From Octopus sinensis (Eukaryota), in the NCBI RefSeq assembly GCF_006345805.1, contig NC_043021.1, forward strand, positions 21,142,001-21,206,000: DNA of 64,000 bases. The letters are read 5' to 3'. Below are positions 40,615 through 54,530 of this stretch, piece by piece; within the stretch, counting starts at the first letter, position 1, and the number at the start of each line of letters is the position of its first letter. The translations under genes and the position numbers were made by a program. The notes beneath the pieces are model-generated. The model had not been told where the DNA came from. It saw nothing but the letters and a program-made list of their open reading frames with translations, and did no database searches.

Positions 40615-41004
40615 AGATAATTTTTTTTATGTCTCGCCAGTACTTGGTGACCCTGTCAGTGCAGGTGCCACTTAAAAGCACCCAGTCCACAATGAAAAGT
40701 GGTTGGTGCTCGGAACCTTGCCAAAACTGACCTTGCCTGTGCTTGTGCCACGTAAAAAGAACCAAGTCCACTCTGCTGAGTGGTTGGTGTTAGAAAGGGA
40801 ATCCAGCTGTAAAAAACCTGCCAAAACAGTCACAGAAGTCTAGTACAGGCTTTCGCCTGGCTGACTCTTGTGAAACCATCTTACCCATGCTAGCATGGAA
40901 GGTGGACGTTAAATGATGATGATGATGATGGTAAGTAACTTGACATGAGAAACCATATATACCATCTTTATTCATGATGCAAACAATATATCTTCTTTTA
41001 TCTT

Positions 41005-41370
41005 CCTTTACTTGTTTCAGTCATTTGACTGCAGCCATGCTGGAGCACTGCCTTTAGTCGAGCAAATCGACCCCGGGACTTATTCTTTGTAAGCCCAGTA
41101 CTTATTCTATCGGTCTTTTTTTGCTGAACCGCTAAGTGACGTAAACAATGCTAGGGGGACAAACACAGACACACAAACACACACGGATACATATATATAT
41201 ATACATATATACGATATGCTTCTTTCAGTTTCCGTCTGCCAAATCCACTCACATGGCATTGGTCGGCCCGGGGCTATAGCAGAAGACACTTGCCCAAGAT
41301 GCCACGCAGTGGGACTGAACCCGGAACCATGTGGTTGGTTAGCAAGCTACTTACCACACAGCCACTCCCG
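41005..41370 (-). mobile_element. SINE family A copy
   Basis: Small internal deletions. Confidence 0.88.
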
Positions 41371-42402
41371 TTACTTGGTGATCTCACTGGTGCTGGGGCC
41401 ATGTAAAGAGCACCCCATACACTTTGTAAAATGGTTGGTATTAGAAAGGGTATTGAGCTGTAGGAACTATGCTAAAGTAGACAGAAGAAATTTGCAGTCT
41501 TCTGACTTGCCAGCTTATATCAAACTGTCCAATACATGTCAGCATGGAAGGTAGATGTTAAATGATAATGGTGAAATGAAGATTTATGTATGTATATAGA
41601 CACAGATGTGACTGTTTTGTTAAGGAGCTTGTTCCTAGCCATAAAACGCATGGGAAAGTGTCTTCTACCTTAGCCCGGGGCTGATCAAAGCCATGTGATT
41701 GTGTTTGAGGGAGAGAAGCTGAATAAAGTCTGTCACTTATAAATGTTTATGCATATGTGTATGTTTGTGTATGATGGTGGTATATGAGCATCACTGTTAT
41801 ACAAGCGGTGTTGATCATTTCCAGTCTTCCACATAAACATGTCTGGCCTTGGGGAAATATCAACTTGCTTGGAAACATTTGAGGGTTGGTGACAGCAGCA
41901 ACATCCGGCCATAGAAAATCTTCTTCGACAAATTCTATAAGATCCATGCAAGCATGGAAAAGTGGATGCTGAATGATGATGATGATGATGATTTGGTGTT
42001 TTCTTATAACATAAAAGTGTCTAGAGTAAGCAAGTGTCTCTTTTTCAGTTTATGTGGCATGACAGAGTAACTGATAAAACAGTATTGATGTGATGCGTGG
42101 ACATCCATTTACTATATTACTATACTCAAAATCATATCCGTAAGACATGCTATAACAATGAAATAATACTGGCTATTTATATATAAAATCTCTTTCAGCT
42201 CTAGGAATTTTCCATGAAAAACACTGGTGGTGATGGGGGGGGGGTGTATGTGTATGACAATCACAATATACATGATCATGTTTTCATATTCTGAGTCTAT
42301 GAGATGTGATAGTTTGTCAAATTTGACGATGACCTAATAACTGCCAATAAATATGTAAAACGAAAAAAAATAAATGAACATAAGAACTCTTAACTCTTCT
42401 AC

Positions 42403-42568
42403 AGGCGCAGGAGTGGCTGTGTGGTAAGTAGCTTGCTAACCAACCACATGGTTCCGGGTTCAGTCCCACTGCGTGGCATCTTGGGCAAGTGTCTTCTGCT
42501 ATAGCCCCGGGCCGACCAATGCTTTGTGAGTGGATTTGGTTGACGGAAACTGAAAGAAGCCTGTCGTA

Positions 42569-42623
<55 letters not shown>

Positions 42624-42830
42624 ATGTGTTTGTGTGTCCGTGTTTGTCCCCCTAGCATTGCTTGACAACCGATGCTGGTGTGTTTACGTTCCCGTCACTT
42701 AGCGGTTCGGCAAAAGAGACCGATAGAATAAGTACTGGGCTTACAAAGAATAAGTCCTGGGGTCGACTTGCTCGATTAAAGGCGGTGCTCCAGCATGACC
42801 GCAGTCAAATGACTGAAACAAGTAAAAGAG
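42403..42830 (+). mobile_element. SINE family A copy
   Basis: Full length on the plus strand. Confidence 0.92.
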
Positions 42831-43539
42831 TATAAGAAGGTGAGAAAGAAAGAAGAAAATGGAAGGTGGTGGTGCTTAGTTATAATGTTTGTTCATTGTT
42901 GATCAGTGAAGACATCTGACTTAAAACCATGCAGCATCTCAACTGAGGACACATTCACACAGGAAGGGGTGGGCAGGGAAAGACTCGCTATTGCTCCTGC
43001 TTCTGGAACACCCTTTATGTACCTGAAACAATGGAAGTGATGTTATTTCATTGTGGCAAATGTGTGATAGCTTCATTACCACAATGAAAGGTTCACCATA
43101 TGAAGTTCCTGGGAGTTGCCGCCATAACTAATAACTAACTACCGAGGACCATAACTAACTACACAACACTCCAACAAGGGGTGTAGTTGCATGGTAGAGA
43201 GCTTATAACTCTGACTGCTCTCAACTACATTACACCTGCCATACACCTGTAACAATGGCTCTGGCAGGATTTCATTTTCACAACAAATGCACAGAATACC
43301 TCAGCCACCACAACAAGATTTTTTTTAACCATTAGCTGGAGGTCTGTTAGGGTCCATAGTCTTTTTAGATACAAGTGCTAGACTAGTGCAAGTTTCGTTT
43401 TTAAATTGAGAAAGAACTGTGTGTCATCAAACTCATTCTCACTCAATATGCATGGTGACAAAATAGTCAAGACAACCCAGCTTGTATGAAAATGCAGGTG
43501 AAAGTCTAAGTGGCTTAAGTGATCTTCAGTCTTCTTAAT

Positions 43540-44018
43540 AAACATACAGCATCTCGAAAGGGTCCAGAAGCTGGCTACCCGCATTGTTCTTGGTCTCAAG
43601 AATTTGTCTTAGGAAGAAAGGCTGAAGACGCTTGACCTTTATTCTCTAGAAAAATGCCGCCGCCGTGGTGATCTCATTCTTGCTCACAACATCATAAGCG
43701 GAAAGTGTAACCTCTCAAAAGAGCTGTTCTTCACTCCTGCTCCAGAGCGTCGGCTGCGGGGTCACTCCGAAAAGCTCTATCTGCAACGATTTCATCTCAA
43801 TTGAAGGAGAGGGACTTTCTCCGTCCGGGTTGCGGATCCATGGAATAAGCTGCCAGACGAGATGGTGAAGATGCTGACAACCGCTCGGTTCAAAGTCTCC
43901 CTTGACCACAATTGGCCTGAACTCTTTACATGAACACCACCCTGTACATAACTCCATGTTCCCCTACATGGCCTTGCTTTTTGCTTTTTGAGCCAAAAAT
44001 TAACTAACTAACTAACTA
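43540..44018 (+). mobile_element. CR1-clade LINE 3' end (second family) with (TAAC)n tail
   Basis: HLERVQKLATR..EERLKTLDLYSLEKCRRRGDLI..LRGHSEKL..FSVRVADPWNKLP..FKVSLD. Confidence 0.9.
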
Positions 44019-44811
44019 ATATCATGTTACTTGGTGTGTGTCCAGGGCATATAACATCATTACAGATGTTTACTCTGCTTCATGGTCTGTAGCTGAACAT
44101 GATGGTATGTTGCAACCTGCACCAGTTAACACCATAGCCTTGGGTTAGTCCTAGTATTGGATAGAAGATTACTGGATGGACTGTATGTATAATTTAAGGG
44201 TTTAGCTTTGTTGCTCCATGTCTCAAAATTAAACCCTGAGAATTACATTGAGGATAAACTTATCTGTGGAATGTTCAGAGGGCATGGGTGTGTGATTAAG
44301 ATGCTCACTTTGCAACCACATGGTTTCGAGTTCAATCTCACTGTGTGGCACCTTAGGCAAGCGTTTTCTACTATAGCCCTGTTATGTATATGTATGTGTG
44401 TGTGTGTGCATATATATATATATATATATCATCATCATCATCATCGTTGTTGTTTAACGTCCGCTTTCCGTGCTAGCACAGGTTGGACGGTTCGACCGGG
44501 GTCTGGGAAGCCAGGAGGCTGCACCAGCCTCCAATCTTGATCTGACAGTGTTTCTACAGCTGGATGCCCTTCCTAACGCCAACCACTCCGTGAGTGTTGT
44601 GGGTGCTTTTTACGTGCCAGGGGAGGCTGGCAGCAGCCAAGATCGGTTGGTGCTTTTTACATGCCACCAGCACAGAGGCCAGTCAAGGCGGCGCTGGCAT
44701 CGGCCACATTTGGATGGTGCTTTTTACGTGCCACCGGCACAAATATCACAACTACTATTTCCATTTGATATTTATTTTGATGTTTATGTACTTGACTCAA
44801 TAGGTCTCCTC

Positions 44812-44843
<32 letters not shown>

Positions 44844-45539
44844 TATAGTGTGCAAATCTTTGTGTCCCCCAACACTACTTGATAACTGGTATTGGTTTGT
44901 TTACACCCCCTTAACCCAGTGGTTCAGCAAAAGAGACATAGGATAGGTACCAGACTTTAGATATCTACTGGGGTTGATTTCTTTGATAAAATCCATCAAG
45001 GTACTGCTCCGGTATGGTCTCAGTCCAATGACTGATAGGAGTAAAAGAAGACATATTTAAATTCAATGAGAAGTAATTCAGTTGATCAAACAGTCAACAT
45101 ACAATGTCTTAGAAATTGACAGAGATCTCTTTACTTTTGTTCATATGGGGCAGAGTGTTCATGACATTGGAGAAGGAAGGAGAATTGGAGATCATATTTC
45201 AACCTCTTATTTTGTCTGAGAGTAAATGATAGTATAAGAGGGTACAGTACTCCTTGTCTTTCAAAAGTCAATGAAAGGGGAGAACACTTATAACATAAAT
45301 AATTGCTTTCTGCACTGCAAAGGGCTTCTAAGGGTCAATGATGTGTGTCTGGTTCTATATCATTGAAATGAGAGATAAATTGCTTGCTGGATAAAGACTA
45401 AGCTTTGTAACTAGGTTTAGCAACTGACCAAAGCTGAAGTATTTTGTTGTTCTAAAATGGAATCCTTATCTTTTTGTGATGCAGCTTTTTTCCTTTTAGC
45501 AATGTCAACATCTGTGATGATGTTGATATGGGAGATTAC

Positions 45540-45930
45540 CTGGAGGTGCAATGGCCCAGTGGTTAGGGCAGCGGACTCGCGGTCATAGGATCGCGGTTTC
45601 GATTCCCAGACCGGGCGTTGTGAGTATTTATTGAGCGAAAACACCTAAAAAAGCTCCACGAGGCTCCGGCAGGGGATGGTGGTGATCCCTGCTGTACTCT
45701 TTCACCACAACTTTCTCTCACTCTTACTTCCTGTTTCTGTTGTACCTGTATTTCAAGGGGCCGGCCTTGTCACTCTCTGTGTCACGCTGAATATCCCCGA
45801 GAACTACGTTAAGGGTGCAAGTGTCTGTGGAGTGCTCAGCCACTTACACGTTAATTTCACGAGCAGGCTGTTCCGTTGATTCAGATCAACCGGAACCCTC
45901 ATCGTCGTAACTGACGGAGTGCTTCCACAC
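45540..45930 (+). mobile_element. SINE family B with TSD
   Basis: TSD atgggagattac at 45528-45539 and 45931-45942. Confidence 0.92.
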
Positions 45931-46229
45931 ATGGGAGATTACTGGAGATTGTGCCAGATGTATTTTTGATTTGTGTGCTGAGAACACAAATAGTCACTGA
46001 TTCATGTGTCACTTTTTACTTGTTTCATCATTCATTGGGCTGTGATTACACAGGGGCACTATCTTGAAATGTTTTATCAAACAAATCAACTCCAGTACAT
46101 ATCTTTTAAAGTCTGGTACTTATTCTATTGGTCTATTTTGCTGAACCACTTAGTTATGAGGATGTAAACATATAGATGTGTTGAGCAGACCTAATTCCAG
46201 CCATAACTGTAAAATCATTTGTTTTTCAT

Positions 46230-46560
46230 AGTGCAGGAGTGGCTGTGTGGTAAGTAGCTTGCTTATGAACCACATGGTTCTGGGTTCAGTCCCACTGCGT
46301 GGCACCTTGGGCAAGTGTCTTCTACTATAGCCTCGGGCTGACTAAAGCCTTGTGAGTGGATTTGGTAGACAGAAACTGAAAGAAGCCTGTCGTATATATG
46401 TATGTGTGTGTATATGTTTGTGTGTCTGTGTTTGTCCCCCACCAAAATCGCTTGATAACCGATGCTGGTGTGTTTATGTCCCCGTAACTTAGCAGTTTGG
46501 GAAAAAGAGATCAATAGAATAAGTACCAGGCTTACAAAGAATAAGTCCCGGGGTCGATTT
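46230..46560 (+). mobile_element. SINE family A copy, 3'-truncated
   Basis: Runs from the head to GGGGTCGATTTG. Confidence 0.88.
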
Positions 46561-47082
46561 GAATTCTGTTAACATCCCAACACCCAATGATTTATTTTGT
46601 CAACAAATAACCAAACAAAATGATACTAACTCTAACTCATCTCATTCTAAAATCAACTTAATGTCTAGATTTGTATTTTTAAAAAATGTATGGTCATGGC
46701 TCTAATTAGATCTGTTCAATTAGATTTTGCCAAGGGCTAAACAATAATAACAACAACAGTAATATTTCTCTGAAACTGGTCTTTACTTTACTGTCTTCAT
46801 CTTCATCATTGTTCTAACATTCACTTTTCCTTGCTGGCATGGGTTGCACAGAGTTAATTGAGGCAGATGTTTCGTGGTTGGATGCTCTTCCTGTTGCCAA
46901 CTCTCACTTGTTCCTGAGCAAACTAATATATTTCTGTAGTCAGGCATGTTTTCACGGGATATAAAAAATGAATGACACTGCTTTTGTGAGGGCGATGCTG
47001 ATTCACAATTATCACACAATGTAAAGACAAGGAGATGCAAAAAAAAAAAAAGCATACAACACATAAACATATATACCTAGAC

Positions 47083-47285
47083 CAGTGCTTTTCAACCTTT
47101 TCGCTGGAGCGGAACCCCAAGAAAACATTTCACTGGCTCGAGGAACCTCTGTGCAATAATTTAATTGTTTTATGCACACATATCTGCACAGGAGAATTAA
47201 AAATTACTGTCGATTTTTAGCATTTTTGTAACTTCTTGCGGAACCCCTGGACTGGTACTGGCGGAACCCTGGTTGAAAACCAGTG
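47083..47285. mobile_element. hAT (Charlie-like) MITE with 8-bp TSD
   Basis: TIRs CAGTGCTTTTCAACC / GGTTGAAAACCAGTG; TSD acctagac at 47075-47082 and 47286-47293. Confidence 0.92.
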
Positions 47286-47297
47286 ACCTAGACACCC

Positions 47298-47727
47298 GCG
47301 TGGTCGTGTGGTAAAAAGCTTGCTTCCCAGCCACATGGTTCCAGGTTCAGTCCTACTGCGTAACACCTTGCCTAAGTGTCTTCTACTATAGCCTTGAACT
47401 GACCAAAGCCTTGTGAGGGGTTTGGTAGGTGGAAAATGTAAGGAACCTGTTGTGTGTATATATATATATACACACACACACACACATCTGTTTATGTATG
47501 TGTGTGTATCTGTCTTTGTGCCAGTGTTTGTTCCCCACCAGTGCTTGACAACCAGTGTTGGTGTGTCTATGTCTCTGTAGCTTAGCGGTTTGGCAAAGAG
47601 ATCGATAGAATAAGTACCAGGCTTAAAGAAAAAGATGAAGTGGGGTTGATTCATTTGACTAAAAATTCTTCAAGGCAGTGCTCCAGCATGGCCACATTCT
47701 AATGACTGAAACAAGTAGAAGATAAAA
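47298..47727 (+). mobile_element. SINE family A, older copy
   Basis: Head, microsatellite and tail present. Confidence 0.85.
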
Positions 47728-47901
47728 TATATACACACACACATTACACTCAGACATGCTATATATAAAGGGCTCCTTCCAGTTTTTGTCTACCAAATCC
47801 ATTCACAAGTCTTTGGTTGACATGGGACTATAGTAGGTGCCATACAGTGGGACTGAACCTGAAACCATGTGGTTTCTCCTTTAGTGGAAGAAGAAATGTA
47901 T

Positions 47902-48099
47902 TCTCTTTTACTCTCTTTTACTTGTTTCAGTCATTTGACTGCAGCCATGCTGGAGCACCGCTTTTAGTCGAGCAAATCGACCCCGGGACTTATTCTTTGT
48001 AAGCCCAGTACTTATTCTATCAGTCTCTTTTACCGAACCGCTAAGTGACGGGGACGTAAACACACCAGCATCGGTTGTCAAGCAATGCTAGGGGGACAA

Positions 48100-48138
<39 letters not shown>

Positions 48139-48303
48139 CATACATATATATATATGACAGGCTTCTTTCAGTTTCCGTCTACCAAATCCACTTACAAGGC
48201 TTTGGTCGGCCCGAGGCTATAGCAGAAGACACTTGCCCAAGATGCCACGCAGTGGGACTGAACCCGGAACCATGTGGTTGGTTAGCAAGCTACTTACCAC
48301 ACA
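47902..48303 (-). mobile_element. SINE family A copy
   Basis: Near full length. Confidence 0.9.
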
Positions 48304-48708
48304 ACTGTAATTGTAGTGCCTTTTTTCGTTTAGTTTTCAATGGACTGAGCTTAGTTATACTTGTTAGTTTATCAGAATCTTTATTTATAATTTGTATATT
48401 TGTAGTAGGTGTGGTGAGAGATTTAAATGCTTTTTGTGCTAAATGAGGTAAAGTAAAAAAAAGAGATTAAAAAAGAACTGTAAAATAGAACTACTTTCTA
48501 TCTTAATGAATTGAAAAAATCATTTACGACATGTAAAATGTTTTTCTTTTGATTGAATCAGTGTTTTATGATTGTGAAAGGGTTAATTTTTTGTTTTTCT
48601 TTTTAATATCATTCTATGCCAAATTCTCTACCAAGAATATATTTTCAGGATGTTAAAGACTAGAATTACATTTAAATAAAATTGAATTTTAAGTTCTATT
48701 AAAACTGA

Positions 48709-48772
<64 letters not shown>

Positions 48773-49321
48773 TGTATATGTGTGTATATGTATATATGTG
48801 TATATATGTAAATATGTGTATATATGTATATAAATACATATCATCATCATCGTTTAATGTCCGTTTTCATGCTGGCATGGGTTGGAGCGTTTGACTAGGG
48901 ACTGGCAAGCAAGGAGGTCGCACCAGGTTCCAGTCTGATCTGGTAGTATTTCTACAGCTGGATGCCCTTCTTACTGCCAACCACTCTGATAGTGTAGTGG
49001 GTGCTTTTTACATGGCACTGGCACGGGAGCCAGTCAGGCGGCACTGGCATTGGCCATGTTCAGATGGTGCTTTTCACTTGCCACCAGCTCAGGGAGCCAG
49101 TCAGTTGGCACTGGCAACAACCCACACATGCTTGGTTCATATTGCATGCCACCAGCACGGGAGCCAGTCAGGCAGCACTGGCATCGGCCACAACTACAAT
49201 TTCCATTTGATTGTGATTTGATTTGAATTTTGATCTTGATTTTACTTGATTCAATATGTCTCCTCAAGCACAGAATGTTGCCCAATGATTCAAAGGTACA
49301 TTTTGGGGAAGGCCAGTTTAT

Positions 49322-49382
49322 GGGATTACCTTAGGTTTCTCGTCCATAAAAGGTTTAGTTTTATGGAGTATCGTCAGATCCC
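49322..49382 (-). ncRNA. Candidate type-I hammerhead ribozyme enclosed by a 14-bp inverted repeat
   Basis: GGGAU-CUGACGA-UACUCCAUAAAA cuaaacc UUUUAUGGACGA-GAAA-CCuaaGG-UA-AUCCC. Confidence 0.72.
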
Positions 49383-51669
49383 AAAACCTGTTACTGGCCT
49401 TCCCCATTTTTAATATATACTGCTCTATATCATAGAGTGTGCTTCTTTCGGATTTGTTTTTTACAGATGATACACACACACACACATACAAACACACACA
49501 CACACACACACAACACAACAGGCTTCTTTCAGTTTTCATCTACCAAATCCACTCACAAGGCTTTGGTCAGCCTGAGGCTATAGAAGATACCTGGCCAAGG
49601 CAACATACTGGAACTGAAGCCAGAACCATGTGGTTGAGAAGCAAGCTTTTTACCACACAGCCAAAACTGTGCCTATATATATATATATCATCATCATCAA
49701 TGTAAAGTCCACTTTTTCATGCTTGCATGAAATTTACTAAGGTAAATGAATGACACTGCTTTTGGTGATAGTTGCTTACAACAATCATGAGACATTGAGG
49801 CAAGGACACAATAAGGGTTAGGGATTGAACAGAAGACCATGTGTTTGAGAGACAAACATCTTACCGCACAGACATGACTACACCTATATACACATGAAAA
49901 TAGGAATTAAAGAAATCTAAGTAAATATTGTTGCTGAGTGATCCATGCAAAATTCTGGCTAACATAATATCAAGATTCATGTGCGTTTAATCCACATGGC
50001 ATTCCATACAAACTGTAACTCCGAGAAGATACACTAATCAGTTGGTTATCTCTATTCCTGTATTATACTCTAACCTCTCACCTGGCACACAGCCACTTTC
50101 CTCAGTTCCACGCCCTCTTCCAGCTGAGAGGTCTTTGTCTCTCAAGTTTCTTGGTGACCACACTGGTGTTGGTGCCACATAAAAAGCAACCCAGTACATT
50201 TTGTAAACTAGTTAGCCTTAGGAAGGGTATCCAGCAATAGAAGCCATGCCAAAGCAATGGAGACTGGTACAATCCTCTGGCTTGCCAACATAGATGGATG
50301 TTAAATGATGATGATGATCATCATCATTGTTTAACTGTCATTTTCTATGCTAGTATGGGTAGGATGGATTGGAAAGAGCTGAGGAGCCAGAGGCCTGTGC
50401 CACGCTCCAGTATGGTTTCTATAGGATGTACTTCCTATGTATTGCTGTATATATTACTGAGAGCAGTAAGATTGAGGTGTTTGGGACCATGTCTACTCAA
50501 TTTAATTCTTTTATCCTTTAGTTGTTTCTGTGACTGTACTGTAACATCATTTTGAAGGGCTTAGTTGAATAAATTGGCCCCAGTACTAATTCTTTTTTCC
50601 TTTTTAAAGTTAGTACATATTCTATCAGTCATTAGGAGAAACAAAAGAGTAGGACACAGTGACAGTGATGAGAGAAGAGAGATGGATAGGGAGGCATGCA
50701 GTTAGCTAATTCAGAAAAGTAGATGATGTAGATGAGGCCGAAAGGAGGAAACTGCATCTGTGTGCTATTGGTTATAGCATGTTTATGAGTGAATCATTGC
50801 CAAGCATCCCAGCCTGTTTTTAAAAATTAGAGGATGAGAAAACCTGTATTTGTGACCTCTCACACAGGTGCTTGCACAATGGTGAGATTGATGGGGATGC
50901 TGAACGTAGTTGGAGAGATGACTGTGTGGTTATGGAGCTTGCTTTGCAACCATGTGGGTTTGGGTTCAGTCTCACTGCATGACATCTTGGGCAAGTGTCT
51001 TTTACTATAGTTCCAGGCTGACCAAAATCCTTGTGAGTGAATTTGTAAAATGGAAATTGTGGAAGCCTATCGTGTTGATGTGTATGTGTGTTGGTTTGTT
51101 TATGTCCCTGTATGATGAATTTTTTTTATTATATCCATTATGTAAATGTTTAAGCTAGTTTTGTATGTTTTATTTATTTTCTTTTTTGCTTAAAAAATTT
51201 TAGTCATACTTTAAAAAAAAAAAAAAAGATGGCATGTCAGCCTTGATAGTCAAACAAACTGAAAAGTCAGAATGATTTTAGATTTTTGATTCTATTAATG
51301 TATTTAAAAAAATAAGTATTCATGTAAAATCCATATCCATATAGAAGTTGTTTCCACCTGAGAGAAAGAGGGAACCCAATATTTAAAAAAAAACAACTCA
51401 TTATTATTATTATCATTACTTTTTATTTTTGGTATAAATGGCTCTTTGGCAATCAATCAAGTATATCTTGATAGCTTTGATGGATATTCTCCAAAATAAG
51501 CCAGTAAAAGTCTGAAAATAATCTGAAAAGCTTTCTTATTTTGTCTGCTTTTTTGATCTTTTCTTCATTTTCACTGTGAATATTAAGTGACTGAGGAAAA
51601 TTGGACAGAGTATATTTTTCTCTGATGTCATGTTTTAGTGAAATTGCATAGGTAAAGACAGACAAGAGA

Positions 51670-51712
<43 letters not shown>

Positions 51713-52654
51713 ATATATATATATGAAATAGGCACTGAAAAATAAATCATTTGTGGTCATTTGTTTTTGAATTGGTTTAAATTGAACATGTCAAAGACGA
51801 AACAGTAGTTTTTCCGTTCACTCTTTCCCAACCGATATTTTTGATGCGATACCCTGTTTGTGTTTTAATTAGTTTTTTTTTTAAATAATCAAAAAGAGAT
51901 TTGGAGGGATATAACGAAATAAATTTTACATTATTAAGCTGATAATCCCACCAAGATCGGCTTTGCTTTTGTTATAATGGAGTTGATAAAATATAAATCA
52001 GGTGCTGTTAATAAAGTCAATGGGCAGTTTAGTTGGAGACATTAGTGATTTGGAAGGAATGCTCTTTGGTTTTTGTTCAGGCTTTCTACACAATGAGTTC
52101 AAATTCTGCTAAGGTCAACTTTGCTTTCCATTCTTTCATGGTCAATAAAAAAAGTATCTTTCCAGTACTAGGTCAGCTTAACATTCTTTTCCTGTGGAAG
52201 AAATCCAGCTGTGTTCATTCCTGGAAAGGGAGGGAGTCAACCAGATTTAAAATAATGCCCAAAATGTGCTTTATATTGTGGCATAATCCCTATGACACCT
52301 TGAAGAGTTGCAGGCTCAAGGAAGAAAGGAACCTGTCTCTTGAAATAATGATGTAATGAACTTATTGTATACATTGCTCAGGTGCACACAATTCATCAGA
52401 AAAAAGTAACCAAACCTGCATGAACAGTATATAGAATACACACAGTAAGTGAACAGTGAATGTCTCTCTAAATAGAAAAAAACCTCAAAAAAACGTGGCT
52501 GTTGGCGAATTTCAGGAACGTGAAAGTTTTGAAGGATGTGTCTTGACAGCTAACAACTGATGTGAGTAGTTAATATCATGCTTTAGCAATTCTGAGTATG
52601 AGAAATTTGTTTCTGAAAGTCATGGGTGCTGCATTGCTTTTTTGATTTTGTAAG

Positions 52655-52815
52655 CGTGTCTGTGTGGCAAGATGATTGCTTCCCAGCCACGTAGTTTTGG
52701 ATTGTGGCTCCTTGGGCAAGTGTCTTCCACTATTGCCTTTGGCCAACCAAAGCCTCGTGAGTGGATTTGGTAAACAGAAACTGAAAGAAGCTTGTTGTAT
52801 ATAGATATGTATATA

Positions 52816-52850
<35 letters not shown>

Positions 52851-53040
52851 CCCCTTCCCTGCTATCACCGCTTGATAACCAGTGTTGGTGTCTTTACGTC
52901 CCCATAACTTAATGGTTCAGTAAAAGAGACTGATAGAATAAGTACTGGGTTTAAAAAATAAGTCCTGGGGTCAGTTTGTTCAACTAAAAGTCCTCATGGT
53001 GTTGCTCCATCATGGTCGCTGTCAAATGACTGAAACAAGA
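52655..53040 (+). mobile_element. SINE family A, diverged copy inserted in a CR1 3' end
   Basis: CR1 sequence stops at ~52652 and resumes at ~54537. Confidence 0.8.
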
Positions 53041-53383
53041 AAAACTAGGAAAGTACTTGGAGAGTGCAGACCTCCACCAAGCAGCTCATTCCCACCCATA
53101 TACATGCATGCTGAAAATTGCCCAATTTCCCAAACCAACACTGGCAAAAACATAACCTCCTTGGTGGGGTTAAAAAAAAAAAACTCAGCCATATGATTTA
53201 AAAAAAAAAAACCTTTAAAAACAGGAATCATCATCACACATCATACCACTCCTGTTGCCATTGTAACCACTGATACTATTTTATCCTCCTCCCATATTTA
53301 TCTTGACCATCTTCATCATCAACACTGTCTCTGCTTTCACCACAATCACTGTCAAAACTATAATCATCACAATAAATTTCTTT

Positions 53384-53640
53384 ACATAGTTGAAAATCCA
53401 TTACCTGATACTCATGGGACCAAGATTGTTGCAGATTTTTGATTTTTCGAATTTTGGAGTGCTTTATTAAAAACAAAATTGTGTCTACAAAATGGAACAG
53501 TTTGAGGATAGAAACCAGGTCTAAACACAATAGCTTATAGACATACTCTGAATGTAGTTCTATATAAATCTTTAGTAATTTTTTTTTTATACCTAAGACC
53601 ATCAGAAATGTTAAGATATCAGCCTCTACCCACGTTGTCC
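53384..53640. mobile_element. Tigger/pogo-like (MER46-like) MITE remnant
   Basis: Motifs TGGGACCAAGA..GATTTTTCGAATTTTGGA, GTCTAAACAC and ACCATCAGAAA recalled from Tigger4/MER46-type elements. Confidence 0.45.
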
Positions 53641-53664
53641 TGCTTTGATTAAAAGGTTACAGTA

Positions 53665-54150
53665 TAGATTAGATTACTTAGATAAGTTTCGGCCGAAGTT
53701 GACTCAGGCCATGTCTAATTTAATAGCACCACCTGGAAGAAATACACAGTCAGCTCTGGGGAACCGTAGCCCATTCAAGCAGAGGGTTATTGTTTCCAAA
53801 GACATATCTGGATGTGGGTGGTTTATCTGGTATTTGTTGGGGGTAATCATCTAGGGATTGTTTGAATGCCGTGAAGTTACTTTTCTCCTTTATGCGTGTC
53901 TGGCATGATGCTGAAGAGAGCAGGGCCATTTGAGGTGAAATAGTTCTGTCATAGTTTTGTGATATGACATGAACATTTCTGTAGTGGATGGATGGCAGGG
54001 GGAAGCCTTGGACAAATTTTAAAGATGGGCATTGTTGATGGAATATTTTCCACATCATACAGATGATATAGAGCTCACAGCGGCAGTGAAGGGAGCAAAG
54101 CCTGAGCTTTTTGAGTCGATCCCAATAGTCAAGGCTTGTCATGTCATCCT
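53665..54150 (-). mobile_element. CR1/L2-group LINE 3' end (third family)
   Basis: LDYWDRLKKLRLCSLHCRCELYIICMMWKI..AFKQSLDDYPQQIPDKP, followed by a short (AATCT)-like tail. Confidence 0.8.
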
Positions 54151-54152
54151 CC

Positions 54153-54530
54153 GCAGACCTCCACCAAGCAGCTCTTTTTAGGATAGATACACAAATAAAA
54201 TTACTAACAGAGAAACGAAAATAAACTTTGGCAACAGCAACACCACCATAGGTTATGTGGAAACGATGAACGTGTTTTCAAGTGAGTTAATCAAAGAATG
54301 TAACATTGTAATACTTCATATAAAGTAAATATAACAAATGAAAAATCCTTCCCAGATCTCTACCAAAATTTCATCATCTGTTCCTTGTGTCATTACCAAC
54401 TTTTCCTGTAAGTTTCATCAAATACCGTTCACAACATTTTGAGCTATTTTACACACAGGCACATAGACAGACAGAGGGACAGACGGACAAACCAATGCCG
54501 ATGAAACCTCCTTCTTTGGTGGAGGTAATA
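54153..54530 (-). mobile_element. Helentron-associated (DINE-1/HINE-like) non-autonomous element; distal end probably at 53045-53087
   Basis: Minus strand begins TTATTACCTCCACCAAAG, has a (GTCT)-rich tract and an inverted subterminal CTTGGTGGAGG; the distal piece ends ..CCTAG|TT. Confidence 0.6.
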
